Below are positions 1 to 12,459 of a stretch of 64,000 nt of DNA, piece after piece. The notes below the pieces were generated by a model. It searched no databases, was not told where the DNA came from, and saw only the letters and a program-made list of their open reading frames with translations. The translations under genes and the position numbers were made by a program. Each line of letters begins with the position of its first letter. The stretch's first letter is position 1. The DNA is from Octopus sinensis (lineage: Eukaryota): contig NC_043005.1 in assembly GCF_006345805.1 (NCBI RefSeq), positions 11,408,001 through 11,472,000 of the forward strand. Direction: 5' to 3'.

Positions 1-12
1 CTACTTAGCACA

Positions 13-92
<80 letters not shown>

Positions 93-93
93 T

Positions 94-130
<37 letters not shown>

Positions 131-182
131 ATATATTATATATATTATTATATATAATATATATATATATTTATATATATAT

Positions 183-229
<47 letters not shown>

Positions 230-262
230 TAATATTATATATAATATATATATATATATATA
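1..262. repeat. (AT)n microsatellite (representative of many)
   Basis: Direct reading. Other large simple repeats include (TCTA)n 5757-6030, (GATA)n 17282-17520 and 59450-59900, (TACA)n 61880-62130, and (TATG)n 63760-64000. Confidence 0.97.
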
Positions 263-924
263 AGGTAGAATGTAAGGTGGGTGATTACACATGGTTGAAT
301 ATATGCGGAAATAAATACGATAAAAATACTCTGAAGATTTGTTTACAGGACTAAAGATTATATTAGAATCATAATACCAAAAGTATTATAGAATATTGTA
401 CAAAATAAGATTTATTTCTTCCAACATAATAACTGGTTTCGATATCGCTTTTCAAATTATGAGTCTTGGATGAAATTCTGAATTAGACGTTTTGTTTGCT
501 AGGAGGTGATAATTAGTAAAAAAGGTATTTTTCAATAAAGGGGAGGTAAATCTGTAATTTTTTATATTTGTCTAAATGGGGTGAATCATTCATTTTCAGT
601 TGGGTTTATATTTAATTCCAGCTTATATTTTTCGATAAATAAGACCTCTTTATTGAGTCGTACTTGTCCAGAGGAACGTCGATCAGACGAAGATATACGG
701 TCCACAGTCAACAGGTATCTTCCCTTCAATATCGCCAGATATATCTCAGTGAACACATTGACAAATGTGCAGAACAGCTTCAACAACAATTCCTAATCTT
801 CACATTATATCAATTTGCTATTTCAAAGACAAAATCGACCTCGGTGGAATTTGAACTTAGAACGTTGAGACGGATGAAATACCGTTAAGTATTTTGTCTG
901 TCAGATCGTACCCTTCATTTACAC

Positions 925-982
<58 letters not shown>

Positions 983-1948
983 ATTCGAAATATAAAGAAT
1001 AATATATCAGTATAAAGTTTTATCCATTTTAAGGGATTAATCTTTTTTACGTTTTTATTGATCATTCATTTTTGCAGTTAACTCTTTAAAATTCAGTTTA
1101 TTTGATATTAATGATATTGTGGGAGAAATAAAATCGGCAAACAATATCTTCAGATATTATATCTGTGAGCGTTGCATGCGGCTCACAAGTTACAGTTTGG
1201 TTGCCATTTGTTCTTTACACTTTTACTACTTGAATCAAACGCTGAATTAAAGAGACACAGTTGTGATAAAATAAAATATTTCTGAGGTCCAAGTAATATT
1301 GAAGAGAGAACACAAATATTTGAACCTGATTTACCGGCCAATGGTTTGTGTCTTTACTATGCTTTTGCAACCATGATCACAGTTTAACATGCATAGATAT
1401 GAGATTACTATTACAAAAACTCAACATTTAAGACGGTGCTAGGATAAAACCAATAAACTTGAGAGGCTTTAATAAGTGACGTGAGTGAAGTGAAATTGAT
1501 AGATAGAGAGATAGAAAGATAGAGAGAGAGAGAGGGACTAAGTGAGAGAGAGAGAGTGAATCAGTTTGCCCAGAACACATCTCTTCTATTGAACGTGCAG
1601 CTTAATATACTGAATTATTAATATTGAGATATTAGCTTATTCTTCTAGCACTGAAGAATTATCAGTACAGTTACGATAATCCTTTTTATCATAGGTACTA
1701 GGCCTGGAATGTTGGGAGAGGAAGGAAGTCGACCCAGTACTCACCGACCAAGAACTTATTTTCTTGACCCGAAACGCTGAAAGATAAAGTCGATCTCGGT
1801 GGAAATTGAAATCAGAACATAAACACCGACGAAATGTCACTAAACGGTGTATTAACGATTCTGCCAGCACACCGCCTTAGCAAAGTTACTATAATGGTAG
1901 GGAGAAATTATATTATCTTATTTCAGATTGACTGGTAGTACAATCAAC

Positions 1949-2336
1949 GTGGAGGCGCAATGGCCCAGTGGTTAGGGCAGCGGGCTCGCGGTCGTAGGAT
2001 CGCGGTTTCGATTCCCAGACCGGGCGTTGTGAGTGTTTATTGAGCGAAAACACCTAAAGCTCCACGAGGCTCCGGCAGGGATGGTGGTGATCCCTGCTGT
2101 ACTCTTTCACCACAACTTTCTCTCACTCTTACTTCCTGTTTCTGTTGTACCTGTTGTATTTCAAAGGGCGGCCTTGTCACTCTCTGTGTCACGCTGAATA
2201 TCCCCGAGAACTACGTTAAGGGTGCACGTGTCTGTGGAGTGGTCAGCCACTTACACGTTAATTTCACGAGCAAGCTGTTCCGTTGATCGGATCAACCGGA
2301 ACCCTCGTCGTCGTAACCGACGGAGTGCTTCCATCC
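1949..2336 (+). mobile_element. tRNA-derived SINE family B
   Basis: A box tggcccagtgg, B box gtttcgattcc. Near-identical to 40661 and 50308 copies. Imperfect TSD agtacaat(c/g)aa. Confidence 0.9.
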
Positions 2337-4535
2337 AGTACAATGAATAACGACGTCGACAAGCAAACGTTAAAAATGTGTTCGAATTCCTTCGGTGTAA
2401 CACAGTTGCCCTTTTCTGCCTCAGAATGATACCTGTTCTGTTTAATATTAATTCCATGCCATTCAGTGAATAAGCAAAATTCTGGTAACATTCGCGTGCT
2501 ATTTTATGTCGTATGTCTTTATTATGTCTTACCCAACTTTAGCCAAATACTTTTTACTTTCCTTATTTAAATTGCGCACAAAATAATCTTAGCAATTATA
2601 ACATAAAACGAGAAATATGTTTCTTATATATTTCCCAGGTTTCAGTGAAAACCGAGTCAAAGACCGGAAATGAGATTATGTTACTAGTACTTTGCAGTTA
2701 ACCACTATATCTCATTCAATAATGCACTGCAGTTTATTTTTAATTCCCACTTACTCTACATACAGATGGCCAATGAAATCTTGTTTCATCAAATATATTT
2801 CAGATGTGTAGGTGAATAAGGACAGAAGAAAGAAAATAGAAATTATTTTCCAAGTATCGTTTTTCCAATTTACTATTCTATAGTTTCTAAGCTATCTAGT
2901 GCAATTTGGAGCCTTCAATATTTTCAGATTGATATCAATCTAATAAATCAGCTGTTTTATTGAACAGGTGAATTTTTAAATTAATGATGCCCTAGATTGC
3001 TAAATGTAGGAAGAAAAGAAAGAACTAAAAAAAAAAAAACATTGAAACCATTCTAAATATTCAATACTTGATTTAGTCAGTTCAGACCGTTGGCTGTTCT
3101 TAGATGTAAGGTCTCTTTTTCGTATGTTTCTTCGTTAACATTATGCTTTTAGTTTGCTTATAACAAAATAAAGTTAAAATTCGGCTGAAGAGAAATTTGT
3201 TTCCAATTTAGGCTCGAAGCTGGCAGCACTGAAGGGAGGAGAGTTAATTGATAACATTGATTTCAGTATTTGACTGGTATTTCATTTCATCAACCTTGAA
3301 AGGATGAAAGATGAAGTTGACCTCAGCCGGGGTAAAATTACAAGATGCTATTGTTAGGATTGTAGCCAAAGAAATACAAAATCTTCATTTCCAATAACTC
3401 AAGAGGAATAGAATGAAAAAAACAAAGAAAGAACAACCTAAATACATTAATATTTTATGAGCTTTCACCAATTATTTTTGTATCAATAAAGCATCATATA
3501 TTAGACGATTGCTATAACAATCCAAATATTCATTTCCACTCAGCTTTTTTTAAGACAGAATGACTATCCACCCATTGGTGCATAATAATGATTGCTAGCA
3601 ATGGTCTGTAGCAAAGAAAACTTGTGCTTCTGAGAACAAATTGATTAAATCAACCTTAGGTTAAAGACAAAGTTTACGTCGATGTTGTTTAAATTTAGAA
3701 CGTAAACAGACCTAAGTAAATACCGGAAGGCAATTCGTTTGGTGGTTGTACCAAGTGTGACTAAAATACAAGAGCTTGTTTATTTGGACTTCGATTAGTT
3801 TTGTTCGACTTTACGTACGCATAGCAGGAGACATTCCGCTTGGCTCATCTCCTGGATAACAACTTCTATACTGCTTGTCTTGATTTATATCCTTTCGGGG
3901 ATCTAATTATCACGTCAGGCCATCTAACCGGGCGATTCCTTTATCTCCCAGCATCTGTTGACACCAGTGTTTGCCTTATGACTTCAGTACAGCACACTGT
4001 GTTCGAATTGATGAATAGAAGTAAATTGATGAATAAATCGCCGTCTCCGAATGCTTCCTGGTTTCATGTCGATACCTCAGCTGGAATTTTACTATAGTAA
4101 ATGCCAGCCTATCTGAAAATAATTTCAGAACGAAGAACAAGATTATAATGAATCATACATTTAGCATGAATATAATACATAAGATACGACAGACTATTTT
4201 AGAATTCGGTTAAGCCACTACAAAAATAGAGAAAAAAATAAGACATCATCGCCACCACAACTATCACCGCCACAGCCACCACCACCACCACCACCAATAA
4301 CAACAATAACTACCATAACAACAATAAAAACAACATAAACAAACAGAAATTCTTGAATCTCATCTTGCAGCACAACGTCATACGTACTTAATTTTCAGAA
4401 AATTAAAAATTTCTAATTTAATTCTAACAAAGAAAATAAAATCATACATGAGGAACATTGAAAAAAAAAAAGATAATTGTATTTAAGAGATGATATCGTG
4501 ATTATATTTCACACACACAAACATATGTATATATA

Positions 4536-4641
<106 letters not shown>

Positions 4642-4828
4642 AAATGGATGCATATAATCTACATGTATGTAGAAAGATATACGTTTATGAATATACGTGT
4701 GTGTATACGTGTATATATATATATATATATATATATAAATATCTACATATATTGATTTACAGATAGAAAGTGAGAGAGAGATACATGGATGAATACATAC
4801 ATATATAACATGCAATATTTTTGTAGAA

Positions 4829-5040
4829 AAAGGCGGCGAACTGGCAGAAGCGGTAGCACGCCGGGCGAAATGCTAAATGATATTTCGTCTGTCTTGAGTT
4901 CAAATTCCGCCGAGGTAGACTTCGCCTTTCATCCTTTCGGGGTCGATAAATTAAGTACCGGTCGCGTACTGGGATCGATCTAATTGACTGGCCCCTTCCC
5001 TAAATTTCTGGCCTTGTACCTATAGTAGAAAAGAATACTT
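4829..5040 (+). mobile_element. SINE family C, full copy
   Basis: Same modules as the array. Other dispersed copies at ~822-896 (-), 1686-1880 (-), 3195-3330 (-), 12700-13130, 13600-13780 (-), 24640-24830 (-), 32490-32940 (+, tandem), 39322-39540 (+) and 45995-46218 (-). Confidence 0.85.
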
Positions 5041-5159
5041 TTGTAGAATGAAATTTCTTCAACAGATATAGAAAAAATACATGATGAGTAGATATTTAAT
5101 ATATACCATAACGGGGATGAGGCTACGGACCTAACGAACAGACATAAATACATACATAC

Positions 5160-5209
<50 letters not shown>

Positions 5210-5244
5210 ATGTATATATATATACATATATATATGAATGTATG

Positions 5245-5323
<79 letters not shown>

Positions 5324-5755
5324 GTATATAGCAGCATGTGGGGGTGTATATATATAACTAGATAGATATGAAGCAAGTTCAACACTGATTGTGTTATCTT
5401 TATTTAATTAATATCTAATAACCTCTTTCTCTAATTAACTAAGTTCACTGATTTAAATTTCTTTTTTTTGCTTTATATTCGTTATATTTTGGAAGTATTT
5501 TCTGTTATGTTCTCTTCGCCCTCTATAATTGATTTATGTAACAACAAATTTCTTTAATATTTGTATTTGAGTATTGTAGTTGAAAATCACAAATATTTTC
5601 AAGTCAATTTCTGTTTGCAGAATGTAATACATTTGATAATATTTTCTCATCATTTAAATATTTATTATATCTGCGGCATATCTTTTCCTCTGTTCCAATA
5701 TCACGACTTATAGTAACGAAAAATATTTAGAAAGAAAAGAAACATTTCTTTACGC

Positions 5756-5848
<93 letters not shown>

Positions 5849-5935
5849 CATACCTATCTATCTATCTATCTATCTATCCATCTATGTATGTATGTATATA
5901 TGTATGTATGTATGTATCTATCTATCTATCTATTC

Positions 5936-6032
<97 letters not shown>

Positions 6033-7027
6033 AGTGCATACATTGACACACACCATAAATGTATACAAATATCAACTTCCCGTTCATTTTCCTGTTTCTA
6101 CATAGTTTGTGCATGTCTCTCTGTGTACGGGTATATTATATAGAAATACGCACCTGCATTACACAGTACACATGCGTAGAAAGGCATACGCTTTACTTCT
6201 CTCACACATAACTGCATAAAATTATCGATTTTGTTCTGATTATTGTGAGATGTTATCCGTTACAAAATAGATATTCCTCCCTCGTAATCTATCCTTTATT
6301 TTACTGTCATGTCGTTTGTTTAAACCGAATTCTTTCAAATTTTCCCAGATATGCACTCAAAAACCATTATCAGTATATTTCCAAATTGCGATAAATACGG
6401 GATAACATGGATAAAAACCTGCAAAAACAGATTATAGTATTCCAGGCATTGTCATTAACAATCGCTTTACAACCGATGTTAATGTGTTTACGTCCCCGTA
6501 ATTTAGCGGTTCGGTAAAAGGGTCCGATAGAATAAGTACTAGTTTTACAAAGAATAAATATAGGGGTCGATTTGTTCGACTAAAGGCGTTGCTCAAGCAT
6601 GGCCGCAGTCAAATGAATGAAACAAGTAAAAGAATAAAGGAATATATATGCGTATATATACACACAAACATACATATATACACATATATACACACGCGCA
6701 TATTTATGTAGTATGCATATACATAAATGTATGTATGTGTGTGTGTGTTTAATTATTGATTTTAACTGTGAAATGCGAAGTAGATACGGCTGTAACTAAT
6801 AACGTGTTAAGATTAGGTTGGAAAAGTCAAAGACTGTCTTCGGGACTTGAACCCACAACTGTTCTGAATATGATAGACGTTCTACCATTGAACCAAAGCG
6901 ATGTTAAGATGTGTGCGTGAATGTGCGTGCCCGCGCGCGTGCGAAATATGTGTGTGTATGTGTACGCTTGTGAGTGAGCGTATGTGAATTTTATGGGTCA
7001 GATACATGCACACATCTACACGCACAT

Positions 7028-7064
<37 letters not shown>

Positions 7065-7335
7065 CACACACATATTCGGGATGTTCCACCAATATTCTTC
7101 ATTTTGATAAGTGTAAATGATGTATTCTATTCTGATGTGCCTTTGGTGTATGGCCGTCAGGGCAGTCTTTCCTTCGTATGTCATCGTAAACTGTCTGCGA
7201 GAATGCTGCCTTTCGTGACGTAGGTGATATATCGCAGACATTTTTGCTACTGATATGGACGATACCGTCCCCACTAGCATGGTGTAATTAGCGTGTATGT
7301 ATGTATGTATGGATGGATGGATGTAATAGTCAGAA

Positions 7336-7540
7336 TGTTACAGAGATGTACTTGCATAGCGAGTGACTTGATCTGAGATCGTGTGCTGAAACAAAAACAA
7401 TTGCAGCGTGGTAGGTGTTTATAGGCTATTAAAAAACACAAAAACCGTTAGATTTACTTCAACATTTAAATTTAATTTGTCAAAATAGTTTTGTCGCTCT
7501 GAAACCGCGACCTGTTCACTGACAAAATTCCGTGCTGCAC
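7336..7540 (-). mobile_element. Second copy of the 53-kb Penelope-like family
   Basis: Colinear with 52877-53191. Hammerhead-like region 7476-7526 keeps GUGAACA and both stems but has G12>A. Confidence 0.65.
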
Positions 7541-7724
7541 CAAGTTTTTCTGTGTTTTTTATATAGCTTATAATTACTTTCCATGCTGCAATTGAGTCTG
7601 AATGTTATATGTCCGAAAACAAGGAGGCATCGCAAACTTTTTTCTATTGCTATTTGATTTGTCATTTCTTAAATACTTATAGTTATATTTTTTTATTTTA
7701 GCACTCTCATTATTGAAGAGAAAA

Positions 7725-8890
7725 AGGTGGTGACCTTGCAGAATCGTTTGCACGCCAAGTAAAATGCTTAGCTGTATTTCGTCCGTTTTTACCATCTGAG
7801 TTCAAATTCCGCTGAAGTTGACTTCCCCTTTCATTCTTTTGGGGTTGAGAAATTAAGTGCCTATTGTGTACTGGGGGTCGATCTAATCGACTGACCCCTC
7901 CCCCAAAATATCAGGCCCTGTGTCTAGAGTAGAAAAGAATATTTAAGGCGGCGAGCTGGCAGTATCGTTAGCATGCTTAGCGGTATTTCGTCTGCCGCTA
8001 CGTTCTGAGTTGAAATTCCGCCGAGGTCGACTTAGCCTTTCATCCTTTCGGGGTCGATTAAATAAGTACCAGTTACGCACTGGGGTCGATATAATCGACT
8101 TAATCCGTTTGTCTGTCCTTGTTTGTTCCCTCTGTGTTTAGCACCTTTTGGGTAGTAAAGGAATAGGTATTTCGTCCGTTTTTACAATCTGAGTTCATAT
8201 TCCGGCGAAGTTGACTTCGCCTTTCATTCTTTTGGGGTCGATAAATTAAGTACCAGTTGCGTACTGGGGTTCGATTTAATCGACTGATCCCTTCCCCAAA
8301 ATTTCAGGCCCTGTGTCTTGAGTAGAAAAGAATAGTTAAGGCGGCGAGCTGGCAGTATCGATAGCACGCCGGGCGAAATGCTTAGCGGTATTTCGTCTGT
8401 TTTTATGCTCTGAGTTCAAATTCCGCCGAGGTCCACTTTGCCTTTCATCCTTTCACGGTCGATATTAAGATATTAAATTAAGTACCAGTTGCGTACTAGG
8501 ATCATTCTAATCGACGGGCCTCCTCCCCCAAAATTTCTGGCCTTGTGCCTAGAGCAGAAAAGAACAAAATAAGTATCAGTTAAGTACTGAGATCGATGTA
8601 ATCGATTTTCCCCTACCTGGAAGTCGCTGGCCCGGTGCCAAAATTTAGAATCATTATTATTCAAGTGGAAGGTAGACTGGCAGAATCGTTTGCACGTCGA
8701 GCAAAAATGCTTAGCGGCATGTCGTCCGTCTTTACGTTCCGAGTTCAAATTCCGCCGAAGTCGACTTCACCATTCATCCTTTCGGTGTCAATAAAATAAA
8801 CACCAGTTGAGTTTCGGGGCCGATGTAATCGACTTAACGCCTCCACTTCACCGAAATTGCTGGGCTTGTGTCAAAATTTGAAACCAGTTT
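7725..8890 (+). mobile_element. Head-to-tail array of ~6 family-C SINEs
   Basis: Repeated aaggcggcgagctggcag / gagttcaaattccgccgagg / tcatcctttcggggtcgat modules starting at ~7725, 7945, 8166, 8338, 8569 and 8665. Confidence 0.88.
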
Positions 8891-9052
8891 TATTCAAGAG
8901 AAGGCTCAGAAAATTTTCTTTGAAATCTTTACGGAAATACAATAAGGTAGAATTTGCTTTATCTTGATTTAAAGGAGACATCTGAACCAGATTCAATGTA
9001 ATCATGCATATGCACGTACACAGGCACATACACGTATCTTTTATCTTTTGCC

Positions 9053-9570
9053 ATTTATTTGTTTCACTCGTTAGACTGCGGCCATGCTGCAGCACCGCTT
9101 TGGAGAGTATAGAGTCGAACTAGGCGACCACAGTACTTATTTCTTTTTAAGCCTAGTACTTATTCTACCCGTCTCTTTTGCCGAACCGCTAATTTATATA
9201 TGTTTATTCTTTTATTCTTTTATTTGTTTTAGTCATTTGACTGCGGCCATGCTGGAGTACCCCTTAAAGGGTGTTAGTCGAAGAAATCGACCCCAGGACT
9301 TATTCTTTGTGGTGTCAAGCGATGGCAGGGGACAAACATAGGCACACACACAAATACACACACAAATACATACATAGACACACACTCACAAGGCTTTAGT
9401 CGGCCCGAGGCTATAGTAGAAGACACTTGCCTAGGGTGCCATGTAGTGGGAATGAACCCGGAATCCTGTGGTTCGTAAGTAAGCTACTTACCACACAGCC
9501 CGGCGTGCTAACGTTTCTGCCAGCTCGCCGCCTTAGGAAGCAAGTTTCTTACCACACAGCCACGCCTATT
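9053..9570 (-). mobile_element. Mosaic of two family-A tails, an A head and a family-C head fragment
   Basis: Two gactgcggccatgctg tails. ttaccacacagcc is duplicated around a reverse-complemented C head (~9500-9535). Confidence 0.7.
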
Positions 9571-9769
9571 CTGAGCACACAGCCATTTTTGTCAAGAAAA
9601 TCTTTATGTAGTCACTAGTCCCGTTATAAATGTTAACTAAATCTTCCTCAAACCGCACCATACAACTATGAATAAGGAAGCAGAATAGTTTTTTTATATA
9701 TGACAAATAACCGAGACCTTGAGCAATTTGCTGTGCTTGAGAAGGAGACCCATCAAACCAAATGAAATG

Positions 9770-9997
9770 GTAGTTGTGGTAGATACTGGTGTCACACAAC
9801 TGGCACCCGTACCCGCGGCAAGCAAAAACATTTATTACAATCCCAGAGTGGTTGGCGTTAGGTAGAGTATCCACCCGTAGAAACCATGACAAATCAGACA
9901 GGAGTCTGGTGCAGCTCTTCAGCTTACCAGATCCTGTCAAACCGTCCAACCCATGCCAGCATGGGCAACGGACGTTAAATGATGATGATGATGATGA
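9770..9997 (+). mobile_element. RTE-type retroelement 3' end
   Basis: ggcgttagg...ccaacccatgccagcatgggcaacggacgttaaa followed by a (TGA)n tail. Family assignment is from recall. Confidence 0.55.
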
Positions 9998-11649
9998 CAC
10001 AACACACACCCTTAAACTAACGTGGTGGTGATGGTTGCAACTTCTTCAATTATAAGACTGCTTTATTTGAATAGATTAGATGTTAGACAGCAACAGCCAG
10101 AACAAGAACACACATTTACTTACATTTCCACATTTTCACATCGTCAGCATCATTACAATCTTTAATACCGTGTCTTTGAATTCGTTTGTGCTGCATTCCT
10201 TGGCAATTACCTCTGTTAATACTAGACAAGCCCTCTTTCACTCTATGGCTTGCTCCCATTGGGTAAAAACTAAAACCAAACAAAACGGAACGAAACAAAA
10301 CACAGGTTTATTTTTATTCCAAAATTATGTATGAAAAAGACATTGCAAGAGGAGGAGGGAACAGTGTTAAAGGACAACATAAGTTATGATTTAAGCTTCT
10401 ATTAACTGTTTATATGTGTCAGCATACACACATACAAACGTATGTCTGTTATTTGTTTTGGTTATGTTGTACTCTTATATGGCTTTTGGCATTAATCTTC
10501 ATATTTGTTCAGCGATTTTGTTTGTTTTGTGAATATAGACCTACGTGTAGCAGTTTCAAAACATGTTTTTTCATGTGTCTCACAATAGTCCCTTCCTCCC
10601 ACTAACACATTCTAAACAAAGCGCACGTACGTACACACAAGCACGACACACGTGACATACGCACACAAACATATATTAATGAGAAACGTCTGACTTTCAG
10701 TCTTTCTTAGTCTCTCGCTCTCAAAATCTGTCTGCAGTTCTCTCCACAGACAAAAGCACGCGTGGCCACGGACGCACGCACACACGTACACAGACACACT
10801 CATTCACACACATAGACACAAATACGAACACACGCACACACGTACACAGACACACTCATTCACACACATAGACACAAATACTAACACACGATACACATTA
10901 TTAGAGAATGAGAGAAAGAGAAAAATACTTACGCATCAGTCTGTACAAGGTATTCGCGTATTTATACAGTTGCATACACATTTGTTTCTAAGCACATTAT
11001 TTACATACATGTTTGATTCATATTTCTTTTGAAAAAGAAAACATGTAACCAAATCCACTGTTTAGTTGTATTTTACTATTAGTTGGTTTAAACACCATTC
11101 TTCATCGCCTCCAGAATGCGATCTAAGTGATGGAAATTTTGCCAAAAATGAAGCATATACTGAAAATAGCAGCTAATACATAACAGTTATACGTTTTTTT
11201 AAAGAACAAGTGGAATATATCAATAAAAACACACAGCTACACGACCGATTCTAAATAAAGCTTTTAGATAAGCAATTCAAATGGATGCTTCACACAAGTC
11301 ACGTGTCATGTGGTTGAGAATATTTTAGCGCCATTTTAGCTACCTTTATATTTTAAGCTATAGTTTTGCCTTCTTTTGTTTTTGATTGATTTTCTATTTT
11401 TTCGGTATTCATTTTTACTGGAATCTTTCATCTTTGATACAGAAAACATCAATATTATGTCGCTACTCAGTGAATGCACAGATGACACGACTAAACATGC
11501 ATTACTGGAGCACATTAGTGTGATGAAAACGATTAAGATCTTAATGAACAGGACCAGCAGCATTAAACTGCGTTTCTCAAAATCTGCTCCAAGGCACAAG
11601 TGAACGGCTGCTAGAATTCTATTTGAGTGCACGGTTGCAACGGCATTAT

Positions 11650-12020
11650 TACTCTTTACTCTTTTACTTGTTTCAGTCACTTGACTGCAGCCAATTCTGG
11701 GGCAACGCCTTTTACTCTTATTCCATCGGTCTCTTTTGCCGAACCGCTAAGTTACGGGGACGTAAAAACACCACCAGCGGTTGTCAAGCGATGCTAGAGG
11801 GGCAAACGCAGACACACAAACATATACACACACATACATATATATACATATATACGATAGGCTTCTTTCAGTTTCCGTCTACCAAATCCACTCACAAGGC
11901 TTTGGTCGGCCCGAGGCTATAGTAGAAAACACTTGCCCAAGGTGCCACGCAATGGGAATGAATCCGGAACCGGGTGGTTGGTAATCAAGCTACTTACCCC
12001 ACCGCCACTCCTGCGCCTAT
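11650..12020 (-). mobile_element. SINE family A (CORE-like, central microsatellite)
   Basis: Reverse complement of the A consensus: head aggcgcaggagtggc, CORE-like accttgggcaagtg, tail actgaaacaagtaaaagag. Confidence 0.9.
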
Positions 12021-12063
12021 TGTTCACAAATGCATAAAAATTTATTTTAAAATATTGACTAAA

Positions 12064-12459
12064 TAGGCGCAAGAGCGGCTGTGTGGTAAGTAGCTTGTTT
12101 ACCAACCACATGGTTCCGTGTTCAGTCCCACTGCGTGGCACCTTGGGCAAGTGTCTTCTACTATAGCCCCGGGCCGACCAAAGCCTTGAGAGTGGATTTG
12201 GTAGACGGGAACTGAAAGAAACCTGTCGTATATATGTATATATATGTATATATGCGTGTGTGTGTTTGTGTGTCTGTGTTTGTCCCCCTAGCATTGCTTG
12301 ACAACCGATGCTGGTGTCCCCGTTACTTAGCGGTTCGGCAAAAGAGACCGATAGAATAAGTCCTGAGCTTACAAAGAATAAGTCCCGCGGTCGACTAAAG
12401 GCGATGCTCCAGCATGGCCGCAGTCAAATGACTGAAACAAGTAAAAGAGTAAAAGAGTA
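12064..12459 (+). mobile_element. SINE family A
   Basis: Near-full copy, 43 bp from the inverted copy at 11650-12020. Confidence 0.9.

Noticed and set aside
1949-2030. tRNA gene-like A/B boxes (also in other SINE heads)
   Set aside because: They continue into SINE bodies with tails and TSDs, and there is no complete cloverleaf.
11442-11603. + strand exon-like ORF after a polypyrimidine tract
   Set aside because: No homology or clear donor, so it cannot be supported.
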